NCBI GenBank assembly: GCA_964510945.1
Contig: CAZEED010000001.1
Coordinates: forward strand, 98,774-162,773
Length of the DNA: 64,000 nt
Direction: 5' to 3'
Source: an uncultured Candidatus Saccharibacteria bacterium
GTDB taxonomy: Bacteria; Patescibacteriota; Saccharimonadia; Saccharimonadales; JAGQNJ01
In this document: positions 1-9,064 of the stretch, piece by piece
How the letters are laid out: every line of letters starts with the position of its first letter
Position numbering within the stretch: the stretch's first letter is position 1
The notes under the pieces: generated by a model
Told to the model about the DNA's origin: nothing
Seen by the model: only the letters and a program-made list of their open reading frames with translations
The model's database searches: none
Program-made: the position numbers and the translations under genes

Positions 1-27
1 TTGAAGTTACTGGACCGAAGTTTGAAA

Positions 28-2583
28 TTACCGAATTTCTTGAAGATATTTCTTAATCTTTGGTTCGTCACGTTTTCGCCATGCGGTACGGGCGTCGATA
101 TCAGCAAGACCAATTTCAATGTTCTGCTTTAAGGTTTTATTCGATAAGTGCGGGACAAACAAATCTTCGTATTGCTTTTTTTGTTCATTCGTAGTTACTA
201 CGCTAGCAAAGTACGTAGGTAGATAGTCAAAAGATTTGCTATCACCAAGCTGTTTCTCTATCCACTTCCAGTTATCGACAACATAATCCCACATGACATC
301 TCTGATGTAGTAGTTTCGGAGAAATAATACAATCCAACGCGTTAAGTCTTGGGGCCGAACAAAACCTTTTTCGCCAAGAGCTTTTTTGATAATTGAGCTT
401 GCAGATTTTGGATCTCTAGTACTAGATAGGGCTCCGGCGATATCCATTTGCAAATCTGGCGAAGCATCTTCGTATTTTGATACAAGGTCGTCAGTGACTT
501 TCTTGCCTTTTTCTCTGACTGCAGCGCTAAGAATCACAGACCTGAGCTCCGAAGGAATTTCTATTATATTTTTCGTTTCATACATTGTAATTGCCTGTTC
601 TAAAGACTTTTTGTCATCAGATCCGACCATGATGGCAATTAAAGTCCGCCTGAACTGTTTTTGATTCGCATCATCAGACTTTTTATCTTCCCAGCCAAGT
701 TTTTCAAGATGACTACTAGCGAGTTGGACCTTGAGATGTTTTAACTTTTCTTCCGCTTTCTCATCTCCTTCAGTTAACTGATGAGATGCGCCAATGATCC
801 GTAGCATTGTAGTCCAGACAGAGTCTCGTTGCTCTGGCTGGTTAGCGACAACTACCTTTAGCCCATCAACAATAGAGGTATCGCCCCTTCTGGCCAGCAT
901 ATACATATCGTTAAGGGTGTTAATACGACCTTCAGCGGGCATGGAGTCGTCATGTAAGGCTTTGGCTACGGTTTTTTTATGATCAGCTGATTGGTAATCA
1001 ACAAAATAATGACCACTACCGTGAGTGTTAAAAAGCGTATTAACATCACCGTCAACTGTAATTTCGGACTCTTTCATTATTTTGGGATGTATTGAGGTAT
1101 TGGCAAGTAGTGGAATTGGCCAAACCGAACTCGATTTTTCGACAGAATCGAGTAGAAACCGCTGTTGCTTCAGTTTGAGGCCAGTATCAGACTCGCTAAC
1201 GTGTAGTACTGGCATACCTGGTTGTGTTATCCAGGCATCCATTAGTGCCGGAACATCGTGTTTAGTTACTGAGCCTAGACTGTCCCAAAGATCATTCCGA
1301 GTGGCGTTACGATATGCGAACTTTTCAAAGTATTTTTTCAATCCCAACCTAAAATCATCATCGCCAATATATTCTCTTAGCATTTTTATTAAACGTCCAC
1401 CTTTAGCGTAGACAATCCCGGGATCGAATAGAGTTTCGATAAGTTCTGGATCGTTTACTGGGACTACGACTGGTTGAATACCACTATAGACATCGCGACT
1501 AGTTGTAGACAGGACATCTTGAGATGTGTATAGCTCCCATTGATTCCACTCTGGATGAATTTCATCCAAGGCAATATGTTCCATAACGCTAGCAAAACTT
1601 TCGTTTAACCACAGATCATCCCACCATTTCATTGTGACTAGGTTGCCAAACCATTGGTGTGAAATTTCGTGAGCGATTACTAGGCTAACATATTGCTCGG
1701 TAGAAATTGAACGATTCTTAGGATCGGCTAGAAGTACTACCTCGCGGTAGGTGATTAAACCCCAATTTTCCATGGCGCCTGCGTCAAAATCAGGCAAAGC
1801 TACCATGTCGAGTTTTTTTAACGGATAAGGAGTCTGAAAATAGTCGGTAAAGAACTCTAATATTTTAATTCCCTCGTCGACAGAATACCGTAAATGGCTT
1901 TTATCTCTGGCGGTGCATGCCCAACTTCTTATTGTTACGCCGTCCTTGGTTTTGCCTTCAATAAAGTTCATGTCACCACAGACAAAAGCTAAAAGGTATG
2001 TGGACATTATAGGAGTTGTCTTAAACGTTGTTACTTTCCGGTTAGCAACTCTATTGACGCTTAATTCATTGGTATTGGATAAAACTATGTCAGTCTTGTC
2101 AGTTTTTAGCGTAAGGTCAAAGGTTGACTTTGCATCTGGTTCGTCAATGCACGGGAAGGCTTTTCGAGCATGATGACTTTCAAATTGTGTCGCTATCAGA
2201 CTCTTCTTTTTATTCTTTTCAGTGAAAGAGCTTGAATAAATCCCGAGCATTTGTTCGCTTATTTTCGCTACATACTTAATAGTGATTATATATTCACCGG
2301 GATAGATCAACTCGTCAGTGTGGATTCTTACCTCGTGCAATGATTTATGGGTATTTACTCTTTTAATTTTGACGTCAATATTTTGTTTTTTGTTGTGTAA
2401 TGAAGCGCTAATAATCTTAAGATTCTGCTGATGAAATGTTACCCGTTTACTTGGTCTGCCAACTTTTTTGCCTGTAATCGTTACTTGTCCCGATACGGAG
2501 CTGTTAGTTTTATCAATATCAAGTATCAAGTTGTAGTTATTTGGTGCAAATTGCTTTATTAGATGATCGACTTTCTTTGCCAT
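28..2583 (-). CDS. pepN: Aminopeptidase N, M1 family zinc metallopeptidase
   Basis: 851-aa ORF; GAMENWG exopeptidase motif and HEISHQWFGNLVTMKWWDDLWLNESFA (HExxH-x18-E zinc site). Confidence 0.88.
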   Translation of the reverse strand: MAKKVDHLIKQFAPNNYNLILDIDKTNSSVSGQVTITGKKVGRPSKRVTFHQQNLKIISASLHNKKQNIDVKIKRVNTHKSLHEVRIHTDELIYPGEYIITIKYVAKISEQMLGIYSSSFTEKNKKKSLIATQFESHHARKAFPCIDEPDAKSTFDLTLKTDKTDIVLSNTNELSVNRVANRKVTTFKTTPIMSTYLLAFVCGDMNFIEGKTKDGVTIRSWACTARDKSHLRYSVDEGIKILEFFTDYFQTPYPLKKLDMVALPDFDAGAMENWGLITYREVVLLADPKNRSISTEQYVSLVIAHEISHQWFGNLVTMKWWDDLWLNESFASVMEHIALDEIHPEWNQWELYTSQDVLSTTSRDVYSGIQPVVVPVNDPELIETLFDPGIVYAKGGRLIKMLREYIGDDDFRLGLKKYFEKFAYRNATRNDLWDSLGSVTKHDVPALMDAWITQPGMPVLHVSESDTGLKLKQQRFLLDSVEKSSSVWPIPLLANTSIHPKIMKESEITVDGDVNTLFNTHGSGHYFVDYQSADHKKTVAKALHDDSMPAEGRINTLNDMYMLARRGDTSIVDGLKVVVANQPEQRDSVWTTMLRIIGASHQLTEGDEKAEEKLKHLKVQLASSHLEKLGWEDKKSDDANQKQFRRTLIAIMVGSDDKKSLEQAITMYETKNIIEIPSELRSVILSAAVREKGKKVTDDLVSKYEDASPDLQMDIAGALSSTRDPKSASSIIKKALGEKGFVRPQDLTRWIVLFLRNYYIRDVMWDYVVDNWKWIEKQLGDSKSFDYLPTYFASVVTTNEQKKQYEDLFVPHLSNKTLKQNIEIGLADIDARTAWRKRDEPKIKKYLQEIR

Positions 2584-2621
2584 ACAGAAATATATACTAA
2601 CATGCTCTGGCGATAGCTAGC

Positions 2622-2650
2622 TTGACTGGGCATTAAGCGACTGATATGAT
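2622..2650 (+). promoter_or_regulatory. Sigma70-like promoter upstream of nusA (TTGACT-17 nt-TATGAT)
   Basis: TTGACT at 2622-2627, 17-nt spacer, TATGAT at 2645-2650, read directly. Confidence 0.5.
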
Positions 2651-2662
2651 ATCTATAGTTAG

Positions 2663-2685
2663 GTCGGCCGGAAGGTCGACTTTTT
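2663..2685 (+). terminator. Leader hairpin with GGAA tetraloop plus T5 (intrinsic terminator/attenuator before nusA)
   Basis: GTCGGCC-GGAA-GGTCGAC (7 bp incl. one G-T) followed by TTTTT, located between the promoter and the nusA start. Confidence 0.45.
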
Positions 2686-2711
2686 AAATGCTAAACGGAA
2701 GGAAAAATATA

Positions 2712-3929
2712 ATGGATTTAGACATGAAACAGTTAGCGTTAGCCGTACGGACTATCGCAGAAGAGAAAAATTTGCCGGAAGAAACAGTTAAAGAAAGCGT
2801 AGAGCAAGCTTTAGCAGCAGCTTACAGACGAGATTATGGAGATCGTGAACAAGAAGTCCGAGTAACTATGAACCTTAATACAGGCGATATTGACGCTTAT
2901 GTCACTAAAGACGTCGTAGAAAAAGTTGAAGACGACAAAATTCAGATAAGTCTTCGCGATGCCAGTGTGATGAAGAAAGACGCTAAAGTAGGCGATCAGA
3001 TTGAAGTGCATCAAACAGTCGAAAGTTTTGGACGAGTAGCAGCCCAGACAGCAAAACAAGTAATTTTACAAAAACTTCGAGAAAGTGAACGCGAGATCAT
3101 CTTGGCCGAATACGAAGATAAAATCGGAACAGTAATCAATGGAATCGTGTCCCGAGTTGAAGGACGACTAGTGCGCGTTGACATTGGCAAGGCGCAAGGA
3201 ATAATGCCGGTTAGCGAACAGATTCAGGGCGAACACTACTATAGTGGTCAAAGGGTTAAAGTATACCTAAAAGACGTTGAGCGCGGGCTTCGAGGACCAC
3301 AGCTAATAGTGTCTAGAGGAAATACCGAGTTTATAGAATGGTTATTCCAAAACGAAGTGCCCGAGATGGAGAGTGGCGCTGTAGAAATCAAAAAGATTGC
3401 CCGTGAGGCTGGCGTCAGGACAAAACTTGCCGTTAATTCGACTGTACCTGGTGTTGATCCGGTAGGGACATTTGTTGGTGGACACGGCACCAGGGTAAAC
3501 GCGGTGATGAGCGAAGTTGGCGAACAAGAAAAAATCGATATTGTAGTCTGGGATGATGACGTTAAACAGTTCATAATCAATGCTTTGAGCCCAACAAAGG
3601 TTACTAAAGTAGAATTAGATGAAGCTACAAAAAAAGCAAAAGTTTTCGTACCGGAAGATCAACTATCAATTGCTATCGGTAAGAGTGGGCAGAACGTCAG
3701 GCTTGCGAGCAAACTCTCTGGCTATGAGCTAGATATTGAAGGTGATAAATCAAAGGTTGAAGAACCGACTTCTGCTGACGAGAATCCTGAAGTTACAGGA
3801 CCAGTACAAGCTAAGCCTGCGCATAAACCAGCAGAAACTGTTGATACTAAACCAAAAAAGTTAAAGAAGAAAAGTGAGCTAGAAAGTAGCCTGCTCGATG
3901 CTGTCGAAGAACACGGTACTGAAGAGTAA
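2712..3929 (+). CDS. nusA: Transcription termination/antitermination factor NusA
   Basis: ORF 2688-3929; N-terminal NusA domain, S1 then KH region (SIAIGKSGQNVRLASKLSGYELDI). Start placed at ATG 2712 behind GGAAGGA; ATG 2688 abuts the leader T-run. Confidence 0.9.
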   Translation: MDLDMKQLALAVRTIAEEKNLPEETVKESVEQALAAAYRRDYGDREQEVRVTMNLNTGDIDAYVTKDVVEKVEDDKIQISLRDASVMKKDAKVGDQIEVHQTVESFGRVAAQTAKQVILQKLRESEREIILAEYEDKIGTVINGIVSRVEGRLVRVDIGKAQGIMPVSEQIQGEHYYSGQRVKVYLKDVERGLRGPQLIVSRGNTEFIEWLFQNEVPEMESGAVEIKKIAREAGVRTKLAVNSTVPGVDPVGTFVGGHGTRVNAVMSEVGEQEKIDIVVWDDDVKQFIINALSPTKVTKVELDEATKKAKVFVPEDQLSIAIGKSGQNVRLASKLSGYELDIEGDKSKVEEPTSADENPEVTGPVQAKPAHKPAETVDTKPKKLKKKSELESSLLDAVEEHGTEE

Positions 3930-3955
3930 AAGAAGAATAGGTAAATTACATAAAC

Positions 3956-3983
3956 GGCACTCTTGACCCATGTCAAGAATGCC
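3956..3983. promoter_or_regulatory. Imperfect palindrome GGCACTCTTGAC-CCAT-GTCAAGAATGCC sharing its left arm with the CIRCE sites
   Basis: 12-nt arms with one mismatch; the left arm GCACTCTTGAC also occurs at 4141 and 20409. Confidence 0.35.
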
Positions 3984-4029
3984 AAGTATGTTCATCCGCT
4001 GGCACTATCTCTCCAGCGAACTACTCTAA

Positions 4030-4096
4030 CTATTTAGTAATAACTTCACTTTAGTGTAGCTACGGCTACACTAAACTCTGAGTTATTACTAAATAG
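4030..4096. other. Long stable hairpin (16 bp + 11 bp stems, C-TACG-G apical tetraloop) in the nusA-clpC spacer
   Basis: CTATTTAGTAATAACT/AGTTATTACTAAATAG and TTTAGTGTAGC/GCTACACTAAA pair perfectly; 4x5 internal loop; loop TACG at 4061-4064; no T-run. Confidence 0.6.
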
Positions 4097-4137
4097 CGAG
4101 TACTTCATCTTTATAGATACGCTTTCGAACAAACATA

Positions 4138-4175
4138 TTGGCACTCTTGACATGAGAGTGCTAATTTCATAATAT
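4138..4175 (+). promoter_or_regulatory. CIRCE-like operator overlapping the clpC promoter
   Basis: TTGGCACTC-N9-GAGTGCTAA (4138-4164) versus consensus TTAGCACTC-N9-GAGTGCTAA (17/18). The spacer starts with TTGACA (4147-4152); 17 nt later is TAATAT (4170-4175). Confidence 0.7.
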
Positions 4176-4226
4176 GGGAATACGATTATAGTCGTATACA
4201 AAATTAATTCGAGGGATAATTAATAC

Positions 4227-6701
4227 ATGCACCCAAATTCATCTGACTTTCAAGAGTTCTTAAATCACCTGACGGAAAACGCCCTGCAAAGTTTGCGACA
4301 CGCCGACGCTATTGCTCGTAGTGCAAATAGTCCGTACGTAGGTACAGAGCACCTACTGCTCGGTGTATTGGCGCAGGAAGGGTCGTTAGGCTCAAAAGTG
4401 TTAGTTGACGCAGGCGTAACTCTTGATAAAGCTCGGGTTGCGCTAAATCTAAGCCCAAAGAATATCATAATTAATATGGGCGCTAAGGGGCTGAGTGAGA
4501 CCGCAAAATTGACATTAAAAATGGCCTACGATGTAGCACAGGAATTTAATCAAGAGTTCTGCGGGACAGAGCATATTGTGTATAGTATTTTGACTCAGAA
4601 GAATGCTCGAGCCACAGTTTTGGTTAGAGATATGAGAGTTGATGTTGATCGACTAATAACTGAGCTAGAACAATTTTTAAATAAGCAACAATATGATGAG
4701 AACGGCAGTCCGGGTTCAACAAAGCGAGTTAAAAAAGGCAGAAAAACTGCTTTAGACTTTTTTGGCACAGATTTGACCGCTCAGGCAAAAGAAGGAAAGC
4801 TTGATCCAGTAGTTGGTAGAGACCCACAGATCAGACGACTAATCACTATTTTAAATCGTAGAACCAAAAATAACCCAGTATTGATCGGTGAGCCAGGAGT
4901 AGGAAAAACTGCAATCGCTGAGGGGCTTGCTCAAAGAATAGTAAGCGAGGACGTTCCTGACGGTTTGTTGGACAAAAAGATAATAATGCTCGATCTAGCG
5001 GGTATGATCGCAGGGACTAAATACAGGGGCGAATTTGAAGATCGCCTGAAGAAAGTCATGAATGAACTAGAACGAGATAGGAATATTATAATTTTTATCG
5101 ACGAACTTCATTTGATTGTTGGTGCAGGCGCCGCTGAGGGTGCTATGGATGCCGGGAATATTCTAAAACCGGCACTCGCTCGAGGTAAGATTCAGATGAT
5201 TGGTGCTACGACGACAAATGAATATACTAAGCACATCGAGAAAGACGCCGCGTTAGAGCGTCGACTACAGCCCATTCAAGTGCCAGAAACGAACGTTAAT
5301 GAAACAATAGCAATCCTAAAAGGTCTGCGTAAACATTACGAAGCTTTCCACGGAGTAACTATTAGCGATGAAGTTATAACGGATACTGTTCAGCTAGCTA
5401 AAAGGTATATTAATGACAGATTCATGCCTGATAAAGCAATTGATCTTATAGACGAGACTGCGGCGCATCTTCGCCTAGATAAAGGTAGAACACCACCGGA
5501 AGTGAGAAGGCTTAAACAAGAGCTGAAGTTAGTTAATACCCGTATTGAAGATGCAGTTGATGCGGAAGATTACGAGAGAGCCGCCCAAAATAAACAAAGG
5601 GCCAGTCAGATTCAAGAAGAGCTCAAAAAACTAAATTCAAATGAAAAAGTAAACAAAAAAATTGTTATGAATAGCGAGGATGTCGCCGGAACAGTTGCAC
5701 GTATGACCGGTGTACCAGCTAGAAAAGTTATTAGATCTGAAGCAAAGTATCTGATGAACCTAGAAAAGTCTTTAGGTAAGTATGTTATAGGTCAAGACGA
5801 GGCCGTTGAGGCCGTATCTAAGGCTATTAGACGAAATAGATCAGGAGTTGGTAGCGAAAAACGGCCTGTTGGCTCATTCATTTTCCTAGGACCAACAGGG
5901 GTAGGTAAAACGGAACTTGCTAGAGTGCTGGCTAGAGAATTTTATGGATCAGAAGAAGCGCTAGTAAAAATAGACATGAGTGAATTTAGCGAACGACATA
6001 CTGTTGCGCGTTTAGTAGGTGCTCCTGCAGGATACGTTGGATACGATGATGGCGGACAATTAACTGACAAAATCAGACGTCAACCTTATAGTTTAGTTTT
6101 GTTTGACGAGATTGAAAAAGCTCATCCTGAAGTTTTTAACATGCTACTACAAATATTAGAAGATGGACATTTAACTGACGCCAAAGGACGAAAAATTGAT
6201 TTTACTAACACTATAGTGATTATGACTAGCAATATCGGAGCCGAAAAACTCCAGAAAGAAGCGTCATTTGGCTTTTCGGTAAACACTAGCAAACAATTAG
6301 AAAATCTCGACGAGCTTCACAAAGCCAATAAAGATAAGGTGCTAGATGATTTGAAGAAAATGCTACGTCCAGAACTGCTGAATAGAATCGATAAAACAAT
6401 CGTATTTAGAGCTTTAACGAAAAAAGATATTATTCGAATACTTGATCTTCAGGTTGATGAGTTGAAAGAGCGTTTAGTAAAGCATGGTCTTAGCGTTAAA
6501 CTGACGCCTCAGGCTAAGCAATACATGCTAGACAATGGTTATGATGCCAAAAACGGTGTCCGACCGCTCAGACGGCTCCTGCAAGACACGTTGGAGGACT
6601 ATATTGCATCAGAGCTATTGTCTGACAAATATAAAAAAGGCGACATCATATCTATTGATACAAAAAAACACGATTTGACGTATAAAGTAGCTACTGAATA
6701 A
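4227..6701 (+). CDS. clpC: ATP-dependent Clp protease ATP-binding subunit ClpC (class I Hsp100)
   Basis: 824 aa; duplicated Clp_N repeat; Walker [16 protein letters not shown] and [15 protein letters not shown]; short coiled-coil/UVR-like linker between the AAA modules. Confidence 0.9.
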   Translation: MHPNSSDFQEFLNHLTENALQSLRHADAIARSANSPYVGTEHLLLGVLAQEGSLGSKVLVDAGVTLDKARVALNLSPKNIIINMGAKGLSETAKLTLKMAYDVAQEFNQEFCGTEHIVYSILTQKNARATVLVRDMRVDVDRLITELEQFLNKQQYDENGSPGSTKRVKKGRKTALDFFGTDLTAQAKEGKLDPVVGRDPQIRRLITILNRRTKNNPVLIGEPGVGKTAIAEGLAQRIVSEDVPDGLLDKKIIMLDLAGMIAGTKYRGEFEDRLKKVMNELERDRNIIIFIDELHLIVGAGAAEGAMDAGNILKPALARGKIQMIGATTTNEYTKHIEKDAALERRLQPIQVPETNVNETIAILKGLRKHYEAFHGVTISDEVITDTVQLAKRYINDRFMPDKAIDLIDETAAHLRLDKGRTPPEVRRLKQELKLVNTRIEDAVDAEDYERAAQNKQRASQIQEELKKLNSNEKVNKKIVMNSEDVAGTVARMTGVPARKVIRSEAKYLMNLEKSLGKYVIGQDEAVEAVSKAIRRNRSGVGSEKRPVGSFIFLGPTGVGKTELARVLAREFYGSEEALVKIDMSEFSERHTVARLVGAPAGYVGYDDGGQLTDKIRRQPYSLVLFDEIEKAHPEVFNMLLQILEDGHLTDAKGRKIDFTNTIVIMTSNIGAEKLQKEASFGFSVNTSKQLENLDELHKANKDKVLDDLKKMLRPELLNRIDKTIVFRALTKKDIIRILDLQVDELKERLVKHGLSVKLTPQAKQYMLDNGYDAKNGVRPLRRLLQDTLEDYIASELLSDKYKKGDIISIDTKKHDLTYKVATE

Positions 6702-6725
6702 GCATTTTTAGTTATAATAGATAGA

Positions 6726-7694
6726 ATGAATTCCAGAAAGAAATCATTTGAGATATTCATTGTTTTCTGTTTATTGTTGGTTGGATTAGGATTTGTCTTT
6801 CGACAGGATTTGATGGATTGGTACACGCTCAGGACCTATGACCCTCCGGCATCTATTGAAAAAATAACAAAAACCAATAAATTCACCGAGTCAGGAAAAA
6901 GATATTTTTATGTAGCTCGTCCCGCGATCGTTAGAGGGGCACAATTTAATCAAAAGTGTCGGGATGGTTTGCCGACAGAGTTTTCTATAGTCCTGGGGTG
7001 TTATATCAATACTGACGGTATCTATCTTTTTAGAGTCACGGATAAGCGATTAAATGGAATTGTAGAAGTAACAGCAGCACATGAAATGTTGCATTCGGCA
7101 TACGACCGATTAAACAGTGATCAAAAAAACGAAGTAGATAAAATGTTGCAAGAAGCTTACCAGGGAATAAAAGACGTTAGGATTAAACGAACGATCGAGC
7201 AATACAAGCAACAAGATCCCTCGAGTGTCCCGAACGAACTACATTCTATACTCGGAACAGAAGTCGCAAATTTGCCCGAAGATCTCGAAAATTATTATAA
7301 GCAATATTTTAAAGATAGGACCACTATTACAGATCTGTCGTCTAGCTATGAATCAGAATTTAGCTCAAGACAGAATAAGGCCGACCAAATTGGCTTGCAG
7401 CTTTCGGGCCTTAAGTCTGAAATTGATTCCGCCCAGCAGTCAGCTAATCAAAAGCGCGCCCAACTCTTAGGTGATAAAAGTTCGTTAGATGATTTATTGG
7501 CGAGCGGAAAAACAGACGAGTATAATTCGCGTGTCGATTCATTCAATAACGAAGTCGCTGTTTACAACGCACTCGTTAAGCAAATTCAAACAAAAATAAA
7601 GTCGTATAACTTGCTGGTAGCCGAGTACCAAGACGTTTCTGTAGAGATAAATGATTTATATCAATCTATAGACAGCCGTCCAAAGTCCCTGTAA
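6726..7694 (+). CDS. Hypothetical membrane-anchored protein with HExxH motif and coiled-coil C-terminus
   Basis: N-terminal hydrophobic helix (IFIVFCLLLVGLGFVF), AAHEMLHSAY, Q/S/L-rich C-terminal third; family not recognised. Confidence 0.5.
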   Translation: MNSRKKSFEIFIVFCLLLVGLGFVFRQDLMDWYTLRTYDPPASIEKITKTNKFTESGKRYFYVARPAIVRGAQFNQKCRDGLPTEFSIVLGCYINTDGIYLFRVTDKRLNGIVEVTAAHEMLHSAYDRLNSDQKNEVDKMLQEAYQGIKDVRIKRTIEQYKQQDPSSVPNELHSILGTEVANLPEDLENYYKQYFKDRTTITDLSSSYESEFSSRQNKADQIGLQLSGLKSEIDSAQQSANQKRAQLLGDKSSLDDLLASGKTDEYNSRVDSFNNEVAVYNALVKQIQTKIKSYNLLVAEYQDVSVEINDLYQSIDSRPKSL

Positions 7695-7714
7695 TCTGAT
7701 ACAATTTTATCTAT

Positions 7715-9049
7715 ATGGCAAAACAGCAAAGAATGTATGTTTGTAGTAATTGTGGTGCTGAGTCTATTGTCTGGGCGGGAAAATGTCAGAGTTGCCAAGA
7801 ATGGAATACTTTAGAAGAAGTAGTAATCGAGAAGAATGTCAGTAAAAGCGCTTCTAAAACGGAAATAAAAATTGTTAACGCAAAAGATGCAATCAACAAT
7901 TTTGAAAAACGAATTGTTGTTGGAATAAGTGAAGTTGATAAAGTTTTGGGCGGAGGATTGGTTAAGGGTGGAGTTGTATTAATTGCTGGAGAACCCGGAA
8001 TTGGAAAAAGCACTCTTTTGTTACAGATGGCCGATGGTTCGGGTGAAAAATCGAAAGTTTTATATGTTAGTGCAGAAGAATCTATTCATCAAGTCGGTCT
8101 GAGAGCGGGTAGGTTAGGAGTAGAAAAAAGTAATATTTCTTTATCGGACGAAACAGATGTGGATTCAATCTCAAACGCGATAAGTTCAAAAAAATTTGAT
8201 GTAGTGATAGTGGATTCTATTCAAACTATATCTACAAATCTACTATCAAGTTCATCTGGTTCTATTAGCCAAATCACTAGTTGTGCTCATATGTTGATCG
8301 AAGCAGCAAAATCATCAAATACAGCAATTATGATCGTTGGACATGTCACTAAAGAGGGAAGTATTGCTGGACCAAAGATCCTCGAGCATCTTGTTGATGT
8401 AGTATTACAGCTGGAAGGTGATAGATACGGTGGCTTTAAATTACTGAGGAGTATAAAAAATCGTTTTGGGAGTACCAATGAGGTGGCTATTTTGGAAATG
8501 GCTGAGAATGGACTAAGAATAGTAGATAACCCTTCAAAAGAACTGCTAAAAGAGCGGCAAATAACTGATGGATCGGTAGTGCTAGCTACAATGGAAGGCA
8601 CACGGCCAGTGCTAGTTGAGGTTCAGGCGCTTGTAAACAAAACTGCCTACGGCTACCCTAAACGCACCGCTAGTGGATTTGATATAAATAGGCTAAATCT
8701 TCTGATTGCAGTTCTAGAGAAAAGGACTAAGCTAAATCTTGCCGATAAAGATATATACATTAATATCGTTGGGGGTATTAGAGTGACCGAGAATGCCGCT
8801 GACCTAGCTGTTTGTATGGCTATAGGATCAGCGGCGAAAGGTCTTAAACTAAAAACTAACTCTGTGGTTTTTGGAGAAATTGGACTAAGCGGTGAAGTTC
8901 GGCATGTTGCAAGTGTTGAAAAAAGAATTCTAGAATCAACAAAAATGGGTTTTAAACAGACGATTGGGCCAAAATCAATGGCCGTAACTAGCCCAAATCA
9001 TTACCGAGCTAAAGATATTCGTACAACTTTAAACGACTTCTTGAAATAG
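7715..9049 (+). CDS. radA: DNA repair protein RadA/Sms
   Basis: C4 zinc ribbon CSNCGAESIVWAGKCQSCQEW, Walker A GEPGIGKST, KNRFG motif, Lon-like C-terminal domain; clpC-radA linkage as in Firmicutes. Confidence 0.92.
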   Translation: MAKQQRMYVCSNCGAESIVWAGKCQSCQEWNTLEEVVIEKNVSKSASKTEIKIVNAKDAINNFEKRIVVGISEVDKVLGGGLVKGGVVLIAGEPGIGKSTLLLQMADGSGEKSKVLYVSAEESIHQVGLRAGRLGVEKSNISLSDETDVDSISNAISSKKFDVVIVDSIQTISTNLLSSSSGSISQITSCAHMLIEAAKSSNTAIMIVGHVTKEGSIAGPKILEHLVDVVLQLEGDRYGGFKLLRSIKNRFGSTNEVAILEMAENGLRIVDNPSKELLKERQITDGSVVLATMEGTRPVLVEVQALVNKTAYGYPKRTASGFDINRLNLLIAVLEKRTKLNLADKDIYINIVGGIRVTENAADLAVCMAIGSAAKGLKLKTNSVVFGEIGLSGEVRHVASVEKRILESTKMGFKQTIGPKSMAVTSPNHYRAKDIRTTLNDFLK

Positions 9050-9064
9050 ATACTTTATTTATTT

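Noticed and set aside
386-2173. Four plus-strand ORFs (386-664, 794-982, 1025-1411, 1913-2173) inside the pepN region
   Set aside because: They are antisense to a well-supported 851-aa M1 aminopeptidase gene, have low-complexity Ser/Leu-rich products, and have no start context. They are shadow ORFs.
3956-3983. Third full CIRCE element
   Set aside because: Only the left half (GGCACTC) matches. The position of the right half reads GTCAAGAAT rather than GAGTGCTAA. It is reported as a distinct palindrome, not as CIRCE.
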